Below, in pieces: positions 17,629 through 27,061 of a DNA stretch of 64,000 bases. Location: assembly GCA_964450885.1 (NCBI GenBank), contig CAYVFE010000001.1, forward strand, positions 310,572 to 374,571, given 5' to 3'. The position numbers and the translations under genes were made by a program. The stretch comes from an uncultured Gammaproteobacteria bacterium. GTDB taxonomy: Bacteria; Patescibacteriota; Microgenomatia; Levybacterales; GWA1-39-11. The notes under the pieces are model-generated. The model searched no databases. It was not told the DNA's origin and worked only from the letters and a program-made list of their open reading frames with translations. How positions within the stretch are numbered: position 1 is the stretch's first letter; each line of letters starts with the position of its first letter.

Positions 17629-19636
17629 TTGCTTTTATAACATCCTCCTTCTTCCATGCTGCGAATGTACATTTCGGGTAATTTGCACACCCATAAAAAA
17701 TTCTCCCTTTTCTCGTTTTTCTGGTTATGACGTTCCCGCCATCATCAGGACAGATAAGCCCTGTGTCTTCAGAGTACGACTCCTTATAATCACATTCTGG
17801 AAAATTCTCGCAAGCAAGAAATTTACCGAATCTACTCTGGCGTATCACAAGTTTTCCTTTATCTTTAGGACAGTCTTTCCCTGCATATTCAACCGCTACC
17901 TTTACCCTGTCGCTACCCTCTGCCTTTTCAAGTTCTTTTTCAAACGGCGTATAAAATTCCTTCATCATAGGAACCCATTGGAGCTTACCATTTGCGATTT
18001 CGTCCAATTTATCCTCGAGCCCTGCAGTAAAAGGAATGTCATCGATATTTGAGAAGTTTGCGACCAGAAAATCATTTACACTAATTCCTATTTTAGTAGG
18101 AGTGAGCCGGCCTTCTAATTTTTCTACATAAAACCTGTCATAAAGGGTAGAGATGGTTGGCGCATAGGTAGATGGACGACCAATTCCGTGTTTTTCAAGA
18201 GATGAAATGAGTGAGGCTTCGTTGTATCGGGGTGGAGGAGAGGAGTTGTGCTCTGTTATCTCGCTATTTTTATATTTTAAGATTTCACCCTTTTCTACAT
18301 TTGGGAGTATCTGCTCATTTTCTTCTTTCACACTATAGACTTTGAGGAATCCGTCAAATTTTAGGATCCTTCCATTTGCTTCGAAAAGTAGATCTGAGCT
18401 ATTTGCTTTGGTTTCTATCTGAATTTTTGTAAGCGCATAGATAGCATCAGTCATTTGAGATGCTACAGCGCGTCTGAATATAAGATCATAAAGTTTTCCA
18501 TGATCCTCACCGAGTTTTGTGCTTATTTCCGAAAGACTTGTCGTGACATTTGTCGGACGTATTGCTTCGTGAGCCTCTTGGGCGACTTTTGATTTTGTCT
18601 TGAACAGCTTTGGCGAGTCGGGTATGTACTGTTTTCCATAAGTTTTTACCAAAAAGTCTCTGGCTGCAGTTGTGAACTCTTCGGAAAGGTTGAATGAGTC
18701 AGTTCTGTGATATGTGATATATCCATTTTCGTAAAGTCTTTGCGCGATACTCATAGTACGCTTTCCTGTATAGGAAAAACGGCGAAAAGCTGCCTGCTGG
18801 AGTTTGGAGGTCGTAAATGGTGGGTAGGGAGACCTCTTTGAGTCCTTTTGTTCAATATTTGTGATCGGGAAGTCCTTATTTAGGATATCTTTTACGACTG
18901 CTTCCAGTTCCTCACGGGTCAAATGAGTAATTTTATAGGTGTAATTTCCGTCATAAAGATCAAGTTTTTTACTCTCTTCGATACTGCCACCATTTTTTTT
19001 GACGAGGTTAAATACTATGTCATTTTTGTCATCTTTTTTGTTTAGAACCAGAATCAATCTATAGAAAGTTACTCCCTCAAATTTTTCTATCTCACGTTCT
19101 CGTTCTACAATAAGGCGCAAGGTCACCGATTGTACGCGGCCTGCTGACAGATTTCTTTTTACCTTTTTCCATAAGAGCGGAGAGAGTTTATAGCCGACAA
19201 CCCTATCCAGAACCCTTCTTGCAGTCTGGGCAAAAACCAGATCATCATCGATTTCTCTCGTGTGATTTAGCGCATCCATTATCGCCTTTTGCGTTATCTC
19301 GTGGAACGCTATCCTCTTAAAAGTTGTTTTTTTATTTACATCTTTTAATATTTCTTTGAGGTGGAAAGCAATAGCTTCTCCTTCGCGGTCAGGGTCGGTT
19401 GCCAGGATTATGTCTTCTGCGCCTTTGGCAAGCCTTTTTAGCTCTTTTACATTTTTGCTCTTATCTTTTGGGATTATATAGTCAGGTGTAAAATCCTTTT
19501 CGAGGTCTACACCTATCCTGCTTTTGGGCAGGTCTCTTATGTGGCCCATAGAAGCCACGATGTTATAGTCTTTGCCTAAAAATTTAGTCAAAGTTTTGGC
19601 TTTCGTAGGTGACTCAACCAGTATTAGATTTTTCAT
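17615..19636 (-). CDS. topA: DNA topoisomerase I
   Basis: VESPTK, ATDPDREGE, SAGRVQS, ITYHRTD, C-terminal zinc ribbons. Confidence 0.97.
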   Translation of the reverse strand: MKNLILVESPTKAKTLTKFLGKDYNIVASMGHIRDLPKSRIGVDLEKDFTPDYIIPKDKSKNVKELKRLAKGAEDIILATDPDREGEAIAFHLKEILKDVNKKTTFKRIAFHEITQKAIMDALNHTREIDDDLVFAQTARRVLDRVVGYKLSPLLWKKVKRNLSAGRVQSVTLRLIVEREREIEKFEGVTFYRLILVLNKKDDKNDIVFNLVKKNGGSIEESKKLDLYDGNYTYKITHLTREELEAVVKDILNKDFPITNIEQKDSKRSPYPPFTTSKLQQAAFRRFSYTGKRTMSIAQRLYENGYITYHRTDSFNLSEEFTTAARDFLVKTYGKQYIPDSPKLFKTKSKVAQEAHEAIRPTNVTTSLSEISTKLGEDHGKLYDLIFRRAVASQMTDAIYALTKIQIETKANSSDLLFEANGRILKFDGFLKVYSVKEENEQILPNVEKGEILKYKNSEITEHNSSPPPRYNEASLISSLEKHGIGRPSTYAPTISTLYDRFYVEKLEGRLTPTKIGISVNDFLVANFSNIDDIPFTAGLEDKLDEIANGKLQWVPMMKEFYTPFEKELEKAEGSDRVKVAVEYAGKDCPKDKGKLVIRQSRFGKFLACENFPECDYKESYSEDTGLICPDDGGNVITRKTRKGRIFYGCANYPKCTFAAWKKEDVIKANEAK

Positions 19637-19689
19637 ATTCTGTATGCAAAAAAGTATAGCACATATGACTTTTTAGCCATGAATGTGGG

Positions 19690-19718
19690 ATTATAGTAAA
19701 GATTGAGGCTATTAGCAA
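19690..19718 (-). promoter_or_regulatory. sigma70 promoter upstream of topA
   Basis: Minus strand TTGCTA-17 nt-TATAAT. Confidence 0.6.
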
Positions 19719-19720
19719 GG

Positions 19721-20773
19721 TTACGCGAAATATAACTCCGGATTTGATCTGACTTCTTTCCATGATTTTTCCTCACCATTCACGAGAGCATAAGCACCTA
19801 TCATCGCTGCGTTATCTGTTGCATATTTTATTTGTGGAGATAAAACTTTTATGTCAGAGTTTTTTTTGAATTGCTCCATGAGTGTTTGGTTGGCGCTGAC
19901 CCCTCCTCCGATTAGGAGAGTATTACAACCATATTCCTTGAGAGCATCTAGGGTTTTTTTTACCAATACATCAAATATCGCTTTTTGAGTTGCATAGCAG
20001 ATTTGATCCTTTAGATCTTCATTTAGCTCATTGCTTTTAACAAATCTCATCGTTTCGGCTTTTAGTCCTGAAAAGGAAAAGTCGTAGTCTTTGGATCCTA
20101 TCATCGGGCTTTGGAATCTTATTTCGGGTGCTGTAACTTTTTTTGCTCTTTTTTCCATATCGGGTCCTGCTGGATATGGAAGGTCGAGCATCCTTCCTAT
20201 TTTATCTATCGCTTCTCCTGCCGCATCGTCCCGCGTGCCGCCGAGCCATTTGTAATCGTTATGTGATTTAAAACATAGTAAGTCGGTGTGACCGCCAGAG
20301 ACGATAAGTCCTATAAATGGAAATTTTATTTCGTCGATATCTCTATCTATATAGTTGGCATAAATATGGGCGAGCAAATGATTTATGGGAATGAGTGACT
20401 TTTCTAAAGAATATGAAAGAGTCTTTGCAGTCTCGACTCCTACTATGAGAGATCCTATGAGTCCTGGGCCGAAAGTTACTGCGATGGCATCTATTTCATC
20501 TTTTAGGATTTGTCTTGCCAGGCTCCATTTTTTATCTGACTGAAAATCGCTGTTATCTAGATTTTTGGATTGAAGTGTTGCCTCTACGATTACCGGAATT
20601 ATAGCCTTTATTTGTTCGCGGGCGGCGTTCTCGGGGATTATTCCGCCAGTTGACGCATGCATATCAGAGGATGTCGCTATGATATTTGAAAGAACTTTTA
20701 TTTTTCCATCTTTTTTTTCAACTACACTAGCTCCTGTCTCATCGCAAGATGATTCGATAGATAAAATTCTCAT
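19721..20773 (-). CDS. tsaD: tRNA N6-threonylcarbamoyltransferase TsaD
   Basis: IESSCDET, GPGL, NHLLAH, VSGGHT, DDAAGEA, TDNAAMI. Confidence 0.95.
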   Translation of the reverse strand: MRILSIESSCDETGASVVEKKDGKIKVLSNIIATSSDMHASTGGIIPENAAREQIKAIIPVIVEATLQSKNLDNSDFQSDKKWSLARQILKDEIDAIAVTFGPGLIGSLIVGVETAKTLSYSLEKSLIPINHLLAHIYANYIDRDIDEIKFPFIGLIVSGGHTDLLCFKSHNDYKWLGGTRDDAAGEAIDKIGRMLDLPYPAGPDMEKRAKKVTAPEIRFQSPMIGSKDYDFSFSGLKAETMRFVKSNELNEDLKDQICYATQKAIFDVLVKKTLDALKEYGCNTLLIGGGVSANQTLMEQFKKNSDIKVLSPQIKYATDNAAMIGAYALVNGEEKSWKEVRSNPELYFA

Positions 20774-20777
20774 GGGG

Positions 20778-21248
20778 TTAGTTGATGCCTGAAAAGACTA
20801 CTTCGTCGCCTACCTCAAATCCATATTCGTCTGATAATCCTCCATTTATCTCGAGGACGAAGTTTGCTTCACTGTCTGGGGTGAATACCGGGATATTCTC
20901 ATCTTCGCTTTTAGGCTCCGCATTTTTGAATATCTGCACGATCTTGTTGTCTGAGATGTAAATAAGGTCAAGGGGGAATTTTACATTTCTCATCCAGAAT
21001 CCATATTTTCCTTTTTGCTCGAATATAAATAACATGCCGCGATTTCTATCCAAACTATCCCTTTCTGAAAGGCCTTTTGCTCTTTCTTTCTCATCATCTG
21101 CTACTTCGAGTTTGAAAGTCTGCTCTCTTATGACTGCTGTATCATTTCCACCGATGTTAGGTAGTATGTCAACACCTCTAAAACGCAGGAATACTATGAT
21201 AACTATTCCCAAAACTAGCAGTCCATATATAATAAGTACTTTTTTCAT
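20778..21248 (-). CDS. DUF192 domain protein with N-terminal TM
   Basis: EVAD..ERAKGL, GMLFIF, FWMRNVKFPLD, VLEING. Confidence 0.9.
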   Translation of the reverse strand: MKKVLIIYGLLVLGIVIIVFLRFRGVDILPNIGGNDTAVIREQTFKLEVADDEKERAKGLSERDSLDRNRGMLFIFEQKGKYGFWMRNVKFPLDLIYISDNKIVQIFKNAEPKSEDENIPVFTPDSEANFVLEINGGLSDEYGFEVGDEVVFSGIN

Positions 21249-21712
21249 TTGCCCTTTATTATCTTTGTTGAAGAGAACCTTTCATCTCTTTCCATTACTT
21301 CTAATACAATCCCTCCCGAAATTTTTGCCTGCTCCTTTTTCTTATCCGTGAGCGGATCATTCTTCGTTAGTGCAATTATATCAGGCCGAATCAATTTTGT
21401 CAGGTTATAGTAATATGTGTCAGATGTATTAGGAGAAAGCTTGACAATAAGATCGATAAATCCTAATTTTTCGAGTTCTTTTGCCCTGATATCAAATTTA
21501 TTATGTGGTCTATTTTTGCCTTTTAGTTTTTTTATATTCTCGTCTGATTCCAGAAGTAAAATCAGAGCATCTCCTTTTTGCTCAGACTTAAGCAAGAACT
21601 GGATATGACCATCATGCAAAACATCAAAGCATCCTCCTACGAGGACTATTTTTTTTCCTTCGGATTTGTACGAATTTACAATTGGCTCTATGAGTTTTTC
21701 TGAAATAATCAT
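21245..21712 (-). CDS. cytidylyltransferase-family protein (RfaE/RibL-like)
   Basis: GGCFDVLHDGH (HxGH), KGKNRP, SSTKII. Confidence 0.85.
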   Translation of the reverse strand: MIISEKLIEPIVNSYKSEGKKIVLVGGCFDVLHDGHIQFLLKSEQKGDALILLLESDENIKKLKGKNRPHNKFDIRAKELEKLGFIDLIVKLSPNTSDTYYYNLTKLIRPDIIALTKNDPLTDKKKEQAKISGGIVLEVMERDERFSSTKIIKGK

Positions 21713-22699
21713 TTATATACTTTGGGTAATTATAAAATCCAACAGTTTCGTAAAAGATATTTTTGCAGCCTTAGCTTCCTGAGGCAGCAGGGAGGTTGCA
21801 GTCATTCCTGGAAGGGTATTGGTTTCCAGATAGTAAAGCTTTCCGTTGTCATACATAAAATCGGATCTCGAATACACACTGCAAGAAAGAATTGTATGAA
21901 TCTTTATCGTAATCTCGGAGATCTTGTCAGATTCTTTTTTAGAGATCGATACAGGCGGGGTGATTTCCTCAGACCCTCCTAGCACATATTTTGCAGAATA
22001 ATCAAAAAATGTCGCTTTTGGAATTATCTCGATAGGTGGAACAGGGATATATTTACCACTCTTTTTTTCCAGGCATCCACAGCTAAATTCTATCCCGGAT
22101 ATCAGTTTTTGAAACAGAAGGTCTGTCACGCTGCTTCCCTCTATTTTTTTAATTGCATTCTTGTATTCTTTTTGATTTTTAACGATGAAGACAAGAACAC
22201 TTGACCCTAGGCTGTTTGGTTTTATGATAAATGGAAAAGAAAGGGGAGGAGTTGCAGTCAATTTGCTGATGTCGACTCTGACAGTCTCGGGGAAACTCAA
22301 GCCTTTTATTTTTTTGACTTTTTCCGCCGACAAGTATTTATCCATACAAAGACTGCTTGCTTTACTGTCAGATCCTGTGTATTTTATTCCCAAATTTTCC
22401 AGAATCATTTGAATAGTTCCGTCTTCGCCAAATTCTCCATGTAGTGCAGAGAGGAGGGCGACATCGAAATTACCTTTGTTTTCTTTCAGAACATTTTCGA
22501 AGTCATCAAATTTAGTATTTTTAGGAGGATCTATTTTTTTTGTAACTTTAAAAAAGGAGCTCTTAAGATTTTTCTGGATATAAAAAACGTAAGGAGTGTA
22601 TTTTTTCCTATCTATATGCTCCAAAATAGATTTGGCACTCGATAGTGATACTTCATGTTCTGAGGACGGTCCCCCACAAAAAATTGCTACTTTTTTCAT
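21713..22699 (-). CDS. ddl: D-alanine--D-alanine ligase
   Basis: GGPSSEHEVS, LHGEFGEDG, GSS, FDYSAKY, ETNTLPGMT. Confidence 0.93.
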   Translation of the reverse strand: MKKVAIFCGGPSSEHEVSLSSAKSILEHIDRKKYTPYVFYIQKNLKSSFFKVTKKIDPPKNTKFDDFENVLKENKGNFDVALLSALHGEFGEDGTIQMILENLGIKYTGSDSKASSLCMDKYLSAEKVKKIKGLSFPETVRVDISKLTATPPLSFPFIIKPNSLGSSVLVFIVKNQKEYKNAIKKIEGSSVTDLLFQKLISGIEFSCGCLEKKSGKYIPVPPIEIIPKATFFDYSAKYVLGGSEEITPPVSISKKESDKISEITIKIHTILSCSVYSRSDFMYDNGKLYYLETNTLPGMTATSLLPQEAKAAKISFTKLLDFIITQSI

Positions 22700-24127
22700 T
22701 TAACCCTGCTTGGTTCCTACCTTATAGACTGCGCGCCACGGAGAATATCTGGTCGTGAATGTTTCGTCTATTAGCACTTCATCTCCGCGGGTTACTGTTC
22801 GACTAAATTGAACATGTGCTCCTGGTGCAGCATAGTCAACTTGCTGCGTGACTCCTACCGGCAGTTCCGGATCGTCTTCATATAGCGGTTCGGGTGCGGG
22901 TGATTGACTAAGTATCACTGAGTCAGATACTTCAGAAACTCTCCCATCGCTTTTCCCAAAAAAGCTAAATGTCAGGCTCTGTGCTGTTGGATTAAAATCC
23001 GCGACTATCAATATGTGATTTCCAGTATCGTTTTTGAATTTTAGATCAACAGTAGGGACATAAATTGTTGCATCCACTCCGATAGGGGACTGTTGTTCAT
23101 AGTAGCTTACTCGGTATGAGTGAGCGTGGCGTTCTGTTATGGGTAGTCCAGCATCGAGCATCGCCCTGAAAAGCGTGGTCGATACCTGGCAAACTCCGCC
23201 ACCATCGCCGAGGATAGTTCTTCCTCCAGAGATGACATATGCTTCTTTATATCCTGTTAGTCTTGAAATATCTCCGACGCTTTCATTGAAGGAAAATTCT
23301 TCACCTGGTGCGACCAGTATTCCATCGATTTTACTCGCGGCTTGTCCGATGTTATGTATTCTATTTGGGATAGAGCCGACAAAGTGCGAATTCCCTTCGC
23401 CGATTTTCTCGACTATTCCATACTCGTTCACCTCTTCTGTGGTAACCTCCGGCTGCATTGCGATTGTGGGAAGAACATATTCATAGCTTTTTGCCTCTGG
23501 GGAATTTATGATCTCAGAAACCCTACTTAGTACATAGCTCTTTATTTTATCGACGTCCAAAGTCCTTCCATCCTCTGATTGTGAGAATTTAACAACCCTA
23601 TTATTATCGAGCTCAAATTCCGCATTAACAGGTTCTTTGAATGCTATCTTTTCAAACGGTTCTATCTGTTCGCTCAGTCTTTCATTATTAAATGTATAGC
23701 TTGTATCGAGCGTAAGACCATTTAGGTAGGCATTTGTGATTATGAAAAAGTTGGAGAGGAAATTGGAAGACTTCCCTAGTCCTAGAGATTGTTCTGCAAT
23801 CAGTTGTGAATCATATCCGATTCCCAGCTCCTGCGCGCTAATGGTTGCTGCCTCTTGATCGTATTTGAATATAAAACTGCTGTCTCCTATATTTTTATTT
23901 TTTTCATCATAAATATATATGATTTCGTCCTTTGTTTTTTCTCCTACATATATATCGTTAACAAAAACTCCTGGAATCACTTTGTTGCTGTAAGTGTATT
24001 GGAAATAGATTATGACGATAGAAAGAAGTGTTAGCCCAGCTATGCTAAACCCCACAAGGAACCAAATTGAGGATTTACTGATATGGAAAGATTTTTTTGC
24101 AACTTTAATTAATCTGTGCTTCATCAC
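22700..24127 (-). CDS. VanW-family protein with N-terminal TM and peptidoglycan-binding-like region
   Basis: PGEEFSFN, GGGVCQVSTTLF, ERHAHSY, DLKFKN. Confidence 0.9.
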   Translation of the reverse strand: MMKHRLIKVAKKSFHISKSSIWFLVGFSIAGLTLLSIVIIYFQYTYSNKVIPGVFVNDIYVGEKTKDEIIYIYDEKNKNIGDSSFIFKYDQEAATISAQELGIGYDSQLIAEQSLGLGKSSNFLSNFFIITNAYLNGLTLDTSYTFNNERLSEQIEPFEKIAFKEPVNAEFELDNNRVVKFSQSEDGRTLDVDKIKSYVLSRVSEIINSPEAKSYEYVLPTIAMQPEVTTEEVNEYGIVEKIGEGNSHFVGSIPNRIHNIGQAASKIDGILVAPGEEFSFNESVGDISRLTGYKEAYVISGGRTILGDGGGVCQVSTTLFRAMLDAGLPITERHAHSYRVSYYEQQSPIGVDATIYVPTVDLKFKNDTGNHILIVADFNPTAQSLTFSFFGKSDGRVSEVSDSVILSQSPAPEPLYEDDPELPVGVTQQVDYAAPGAHVQFSRTVTRGDEVLIDETFTTRYSPWRAVYKVGTKQG

Positions 24128-24184
24128 TTTTACTGGATTAGATTTTTATGAGTGTAGTTATTATACTATATAAGATATAAACAT

Positions 24185-25570
24185 ATGGATCCTAATTCAA
24201 ATACAAATCAACCTCAAGTTGATCCGTACTATGCACCTGAAGCCTCTGGGGGAAAGAAAAGATTGATCCTAATCATCCTGGGGATAGTTTTTTTTATTGG
24301 AATTATATTTTTTGCTGTGTGGTTTTTTGTGATTCGCGGAAACAATGGTTCTGAGGAAGAGAATGCGACATTGTTGTATTGGGGAGTTTGGGAAGACATA
24401 AGTGTTTTGCAGCCGGTTTTTGATGAATTCGAGAGAGAAAATCCGAACATAAAAATTCAATATGAAAAAATTGATATCAAAACTCTGGGAGACTATGTAG
24501 ATAGGTTAAAAACGCGAACTGCGGAAGGAAATGGTCCTGATATCATGAGGTTTCATAGTAGCTGGCTAGTCCAGATGCAGGACATACTTTCTCCATTTCC
24601 TGATGATGTCGTGAAAGATACAGGGCTAGTTGACGATTATTTTAAGGTCGTAGAAAGAGATTTGAAGAGAAATGGAGCTTATTATGGATTGCCTTTGAGT
24701 ATCGATACTTTGTCCCTTTATATAAATAATGACTTGCTTGCAAACATCGGTGGTCAGCCGCCAACTACATGGAATGATTTGGATAGTCTAGCTCGAGAGC
24801 TAACCACTGTTGAGGCAGGAGAGTTAACAAGATCGGGAGTAGCAATGGGTACATATGACAATATTTCCCACGCACCGGATATCATCTCTCTCTTGTTGCT
24901 GCAAAACGGTGCAGACTTTAATAACCTTTCAGGCGATAATGTAGAAAGCGCTGTAAGTGCCCTACAGTTCTATACTCTTTTTTCAAGTACGCGTGGGGTA
25001 CCAGTCTGGGATCAAAAACAAGAAAACTCGAAAATTGCTTTTGCAGGAGGAAAACTTGCGATGTATTTTGGGTACTCGTGGGATATATTTGAGATAGAAG
25101 CTTTTAATCCAGAGCTAAATTTCCAAGTAGTGCCTGTGCCCACCCTTCCTGGTACAAGTTCTACAGTAGCAAGTTATTGGGCAGAGGGCGTTTCCAGTAA
25201 GACAAAATATCCTGATTCGGCGTTTAAATTTATTAAATTTTTAGGAAAGAACTCAACGCTTCAAAAGATATATGAGAATCAGACTAAGAGCAGGGGCTAC
25301 GGTTCTCCATATCCAAAAAAGAGCTTAGCGCAATCGATAGCAGATAATAACAAGGTCTATCCATTTATCGTAAGAGCAGATGATGCAGTATCGACTTTTT
25401 TTTCGTCAGACACATATGATGCTGGATTAAATTCTGAGATGGATGTTTATCTGGGAAATGCAATAAGAAGCATAATAAACGATAATACTTCTTATGAATC
25501 TGCGGTGAGTACTTTAGGCAGCGGGGTAAATCAGGTTCTCCAGCGCTATGAACAATCAGCTCAAAACTAG
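24185..25570 (+). CDS. extracellular sugar-type solute-binding protein (membrane anchored)
   Basis: TM anchor, GPDI, YGLP..IDTLSLYIN, PPTTW, FAGGKLAMY. Confidence 0.85.
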   Translation: MDPNSNTNQPQVDPYYAPEASGGKKRLILIILGIVFFIGIIFFAVWFFVIRGNNGSEEENATLLYWGVWEDISVLQPVFDEFERENPNIKIQYEKIDIKTLGDYVDRLKTRTAEGNGPDIMRFHSSWLVQMQDILSPFPDDVVKDTGLVDDYFKVVERDLKRNGAYYGLPLSIDTLSLYINNDLLANIGGQPPTTWNDLDSLARELTTVEAGELTRSGVAMGTYDNISHAPDIISLLLLQNGADFNNLSGDNVESAVSALQFYTLFSSTRGVPVWDQKQENSKIAFAGGKLAMYFGYSWDIFEIEAFNPELNFQVVPVPTLPGTSSTVASYWAEGVSSKTKYPDSAFKFIKFLGKNSTLQKIYENQTKSRGYGSPYPKKSLAQSIADNNKVYPFIVRADDAVSTFFSSDTYDAGLNSEMDVYLGNAIRSIINDNTSYESAVSTLGSGVNQVLQRYEQSAQN

Positions 25571-26492
25571 CATCATAGATACGCTTTCGTATTTTGATGT
25601 ATTCAATTATCCGCTTACTCTTGAGCAAATAGAGCTGTTTTTGCATTTCTCAGATGCAGATAAGAAAGCCATTGCTAAAAACATAAAGGAAATAGGGATT
25701 ATAGATGAAAAGTACGGATATTATTTCTTCTCTGGCAGAAAGGGTATCGCGATAAAACGCAAGATGCAGGAGGAGGAGAATAGAAGAAAGACGCTTCTTG
25801 CAGCAAAGTACATAGATATATTATCTAAGGTACCCGGAGTAAGACTTATAGCGATCACCGGAAGTCTTTCTATGGGAAATGCTTCAGTCGACGATGACAT
25901 TGATCTGTTTATCATAACCCGAAAGAATATGCTGTGGGCGACGAGATTTATGGTTATTCTCACAGCGAAGATTTTTGGGATGAAAAGGGAATACAAGAAC
26001 AAAAGGCACAAAGACAAACTTTGTCTGAATATGTTTTTGGACGAGAGGGAAATGGAATTTACAGATAAAAGTTTATATGTTGCCCACGAAATCGCCCAGA
26101 TGAAAGTTTATTATGATGAACATAAGGTGTTTAGTCATTTCGCGAAAAAGAATAGTTGGATAAAAGATTTTTTTCCTAATATTACGGTTAACATAAAAAG
26201 AATGAAAAAGAAAAAGAGGTGGACAGATTTATTCATTTTTAGTGAAAAGCCTTTAAGGGTTGTTAATTTTGTTGCTTTTTTTGGACAATATTTATATATG
26301 AGTAGTAAGATTACTCGAGAAAAAGTCAGTTTGAGAAAGGCTTTTTTTCATCCAAGCGATAGCACCAGATTCATACTCGATCAACATATTAAGCGAAAAA
26401 GGTATTACCTGGCAAGATATAGCTATAGCAATATTGTCAGAGAATTTGAAGCTAAAAAGAGTGATCTTAAAAAGGATAGAATGCAGAATTAA
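25548..26492 (+). CDS. Pol-beta-like nucleotidyltransferase domain protein
   Basis: ITGSLS...DDDIDLFII signature; N-terminal YFDVFNYPLT region. Confidence 0.75.
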   Translation: MNNQLKTSIIDTLSYFDVFNYPLTLEQIELFLHFSDADKKAIAKNIKEIGIIDEKYGYYFFSGRKGIAIKRKMQEEENRRKTLLAAKYIDILSKVPGVRLIAITGSLSMGNASVDDDIDLFIITRKNMLWATRFMVILTAKIFGMKREYKNKRHKDKLCLNMFLDEREMEFTDKSLYVAHEIAQMKVYYDEHKVFSHFAKKNSWIKDFFPNITVNIKRMKKKKRWTDLFIFSEKPLRVVNFVAFFGQYLYMSSKITREKVSLRKAFFHPSDSTRFILDQHIKRKRYYLARYSYSNIVREFEAKKSDLKKDRMQN

Positions 26493-26502
26493 CTCCAGGA
26501 TA

Positions 26503-26531
26503 TTGACATAAAAAGGGGTATTCTGTATAGT
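26503..26531 (+). promoter_or_regulatory. near-consensus sigma70 promoter for greA
   Basis: TTGACA-17 nt-TATAGT. Confidence 0.75.
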
Positions 26532-26554
26532 ACCTCAAGGATGCATTAAATCAA

Positions 26555-26583
26555 CCCCCAGAGGAGCCTTTTGGGGGATTTTT
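26555..26583 (+). terminator. intrinsic terminator-like hairpin in the greA leader
   Basis: CCCCCAGAGG-AGC-CTTTTGGGGG followed by ATTTTT, between promoter and ATG. Confidence 0.6.
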
Positions 26584-26593
26584 GTAGCTAATC

Positions 26594-27061
26594 ATGGATA
26601 AGAAACAATTTTTCGTAACACAAAAAGGACTGGAAGATTTAAAAGCTGAGCTTTTAAATCTTCAGAAGAAGAAAAGAGCCGAAGTTGTCGAGCGTGTATC
26701 TAACGCACGATCGATGGGAGATCTTTCAGAGAACTCTGAGTATCATGCAGCAAAAGAGGAGTTATCGCTTGTTGACGGTAGAATTGAGGAATTAGAGGAA
26801 ATCATCAAAAAGGTGCAGATAATAGAGGAAGATAACGGAAATTCAAAAATCATAAAACTAGGTTCTCAGGTAACCATAAAGGTGAATGGTAAGGAAGAAG
26901 TATTTAGTCTTGTTGGTGAATGGGAGGCAGATCCTCACCAAAAGAAGATTTCTCACGAGTCACCACTAGGAAAAGCTTTAATTGGAAAAAAACCTGGTGA
27001 AAAAGTAGAAGTAGAAGCCCCAGCTGGGAAAATTGCATACAATATCCTCAAGATACACTAG
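26594..27061 (+). CDS. greA: transcription elongation factor GreA
   Basis: GDLSENSEYHAAK, ISHESPLGKAL. Confidence 0.97.
   Translation: MDKKQFFVTQKGLEDLKAELLNLQKKKRAEVVERVSNARSMGDLSENSEYHAAKEELSLVDGRIEELEEIIKKVQIIEEDNGNSKIIKLGSQVTIKVNGKEEVFSLVGEWEADPHQKKISHESPLGKALIGKKPGEKVEVEAPAGKIAYNILKIH

Noticed and set aside
21713-24127. Vancomycin-resistance cluster (vanW next to a D-Ala ligase)
   Set aside because: The ligase keeps the FDY..KY omega-loop Tyr typical of D-Ala-D-Ala ligases; no vanH, vanX, vanR or vanS present
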